Both the position numbers and the translations under genes were made by a program. This document shows, in pieces, positions 61,326-64,000 of a stretch of DNA of 64,000 bases (the stretch's first letter is position 1; every line of letters begins with the position of its first letter). Under the pieces are notes generated by a model. It was not told the origin of the DNA. It saw only the letters and a list, made by a program, of their open reading frames with translations, and made no database searches. Origin of the DNA: Octopus sinensis (Eukaryota). The stretch lies in the NCBI RefSeq assembly GCF_006345805.1, contig NC_042999.1, positions 124,001-188,000 of the forward strand, given 5' to 3'.

Positions 61326-62109
61326 GAGAGAAATTATATACATCTTCATAGACAGGCAATGAGGGATTCGCCGAACAAGTTCTAAAGCTGTGCCGAGGTT
61401 TCATTAACAACTAAATACCATCTTTAGTGTGGTTATATTTGCCTTTACATACAGTGTTGGTTTAAAAAAAAAAACTAAAGATATATTCTATTGTATAGTA
61501 GACTAGTGAAACAAAACACTGTTAATGCACCAGTAATTTGTTTTATCAGTTATAAGACTAAAATTATGTGTGAAAGGGAAAGAGGGCCGAGAGATAAATA
61601 TAGTTACACATAAAGATAACAAGGTTTACAGTTCCAACTTGTAATCTAATTTTCTTCACGTTTATCCCCATCTCGATATCAAACTTAATTTGCGCCTTTT
61701 TTCCTTTCCTATATTTATCTGTTGGCGCTGTCTTTATTTTTTGTGTAAATATAATTTGACCTTTCCTTGAGTGTCTGTAACTACGAAGCTTAACAGTCTT
61801 TTTAACTTCGTTTCATTTGTCATTCTCTCTCTCTTTCTCTCTCTCTCTGTTCTAACTTCTACTTCTGTTTACTCAATCACTGCTCTGCTCTCTATTTTTC
61901 TCTAATAACACGGGAAAACAACAAAAATTTTAAACGTAATCTACTCGAAACGAACAATTTGTTAGCAAGGACCCCCATATAATTGTCTAGCTGTTTCTTA
62001 AACAGATCACAGTATAACTTAATCAACGCTGAAGGTAATTTTACAAAGACATACTTTTTGATTATTATAAGTATAGACATTATTGGCGTGTATTGTAGCG
62101 ATTAGTGAA

Positions 62110-62123
62110 CCAGTAGATGGCGG
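62110..62123 (+). promoter_or_regulatory. CTCF-like motif
   Basis: CCAGTAGATGGCGG fits CCASYAGRKGGCRS and lies in non-repetitive sequence. Confidence 0.35.
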
Positions 62124-63446
62124 AGAAGACTTGAAAATAATAACAAAACGCTTAAATAGTCTTTGAACGTCTAGACGAAATCTAAATAGCGTTAGGCATG
62201 ATCTCTGAACCTAAGTAATTGGCAGTTCATAGCCTATGGCACTTCGTTCTCTGCTACAGTGACTGGCAGTTTGAGTATTGCTCAAAGGTGGGAGAATGGC
62301 AATGACAGGAAGATTCCAAACAATTTTGTTTCATTTTCCTATTTTCTGTGCGGTAACATTTGAACACAAAATCAGATTTTCCCTCAAATTTTCCTGAAGT
62401 TAATAACGTTAACGTTCATTGCTCTGGAAAATCGTACATGGTTTATTGCATAGTATAATGGGAAAGGTTGGTTATTCGTCCCCTGTCACTGTCATTTCTA
62501 ATACGTTGTGTCCCAGATGGCCCTCACTGAATAGGAATAATATGCTGTTGTTATTGTTGTTTACATAGGGTGGGGGCACAATAAAATTAACAAGCATTTC
62601 ATTAGTTTCCTCTGCTGAATTCAATGGCGAAGCCAACACAGAAACTGGATTCCGTTTCAGCTACAGGTCAGGTGGGCTTGTAATCATTTGATTACTAAAT
62701 AATTTGATCAGCTAACAACAAAAATACCGACAAAGGAAAGAAGCTAAGAGGCGATTTATTCCAATTTATTCTTCCTTTAACAAATATTCAACCATGAATC
62801 AAAGCTAGAAATAATGAAACTTTACTAACGTAAATCGTCAAGTTGAGATATTATCAAAAACTTCCCTTGCTTGTTAGTAACTATAAAGACACTACTACCT
62901 CGTCTCAAGACTTAGAATTCTTTTTTTTGATCATGTAGACAAGAACGACTAAGATTTGTAATCCTTTTGATTTTTACTGGTTCTTCAGAACAGACTGAGG
63001 TTGATGTTATTGAAGTTCAACTTCGTTTATTTTTTTATGGCGAAGTTTGTAGAAGGAAATGCGAACATGGATGAAGTATCAGAAATTTGCATGTCTATGA
63101 ACTAAGAATAGATCAGGAAAAAACGTATTTGATATGAATTTTGGCTGGCGAATAACAACAGCGATGGCAAGAAGAGTGACTAACGTATCAGGTGGAATTG
63201 GATGATGTTTGTTTTTTTTGTTGTTGTTTTTTAAATATCAGTTCTAACATTTCAAAACAAACCAAAGAGAGGAAATAGTGCGTCTTTAGACTAGTGATTG
63301 TAATATGATGATAAAGGTTAGGGCAGCGAACTGGTCGATAAAATAAGTCCAGTTGAGCACTGGGGTATATGTAACCGACTTACCACCTGTCCCCGAAATC
63401 GATAGCCTTATGCCAAAATTTGAAACCAGTATTTTGTCTGATTCTA

Positions 63447-63590
63447 GGACGGCGAGCTGGCAGAATCGTTACCGTTCAAGCTAAAATGCTGAGCGGCATA
63501 TCGTCCGTCTTCTCGCTCTGAGTTCAAATTTCACCGAGGTCGACTTTGTCTTTCATTCTTTCGGAGTCGATAAAGTAATTACCTTGTAAT
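63447..63590 (+). mobile_element. Meta-domain SINE, tail missing
   Basis: GACGGCGAGCTGGCAGAATCG head and core. Confidence 0.72.
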
Positions 63591-63621
63591 TGACGCAACT
63601 TTAATTCTTAGGTCATTCTTG

Positions 63622-63942
63622 TGAAGACGCGTGGGTTAGTGGTTAGTTTATTCGGCTCACAATTGTAAGTTGTGAGTTCGATTCCAGGTAGCGCCGTATG
63701 TCCTTGAGCAGCCGCTTTATTTTACGTTGCTCCAGTCCACTCAGCAGGTAAAAATGCTTTGTTCTTGTAATTCAAAGGGCCACCCTTATTCCATTTTGCG
63801 TCACGCTGAATCTCCCTGAGAACTACGTTAAAGACACACCGGTCTGTGGAATACTCAGCCACTTGCACGTTGATTCCACGACCAGTTTGTTCCATTGATT
63901 TGATCAACTGGAAAACTCGGTGTCGTAACCGACGGAGTCCCA
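63622..63942 (+). mobile_element. SINE family 4 (CORE-like) with the tail shared with 4856
   Basis: GTCCTTGAGCAG..GTTGCTCCAGTCCACTCAGC core; TCACGCTGAATCTCCCTGAGAACTACGTTAA..GTCGTAACCGACGGAG tail. Confidence 0.75.
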
Positions 63943-64000
63943 TTTCGTTTTTCTATAACTTACATCCTGTAATCTAGTTCATTCAGTAATTTATTCACCA

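Overview
Repeat-saturated, AT-rich metazoan genomic DNA. The SINE complement and microsatellite density resemble octopus/coleoid cephalopod DNA (inference from recalled repeat families, not verified). No complete protein-coding gene, rRNA or genuine tRNA gene is supported, and almost all ORFs in the track are microsatellite translations. Contents: (i) about 20 copies of a tRNA-headed SINE with a Meta-type core, many as head-to-tail dimers/trimers sharing one exact junction (AAGAAATA|GGTATTTCG) and flanked by TSDs; (ii) three further SINE families whose heads and tails are shuffled; (iii) about 9 fragments of R4/Dong-clade RLE retrotransposons plus a ~530 bp non-coding partner element, mostly anchored on (TAA)n; (iv) Penelope-like element (PLE) ends carrying minimal type I hammerhead ribozyme motifs, mostly abutting (TA)n, two as fold-back structures; (v) CR1 and RTE LINE remnants, a decayed CxxH-type DDE transposase, an ORF1-like knuckle remnant, and mariner/piggyBac/hAT MITEs; (vi) a 1.65 kb (CCA)n-derived array starting inside a Dong fragment; (vii) a few weak candidate host exons and CTCF-like motifs. 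Coordinates were read by eye and repeat boundaries are approximate.
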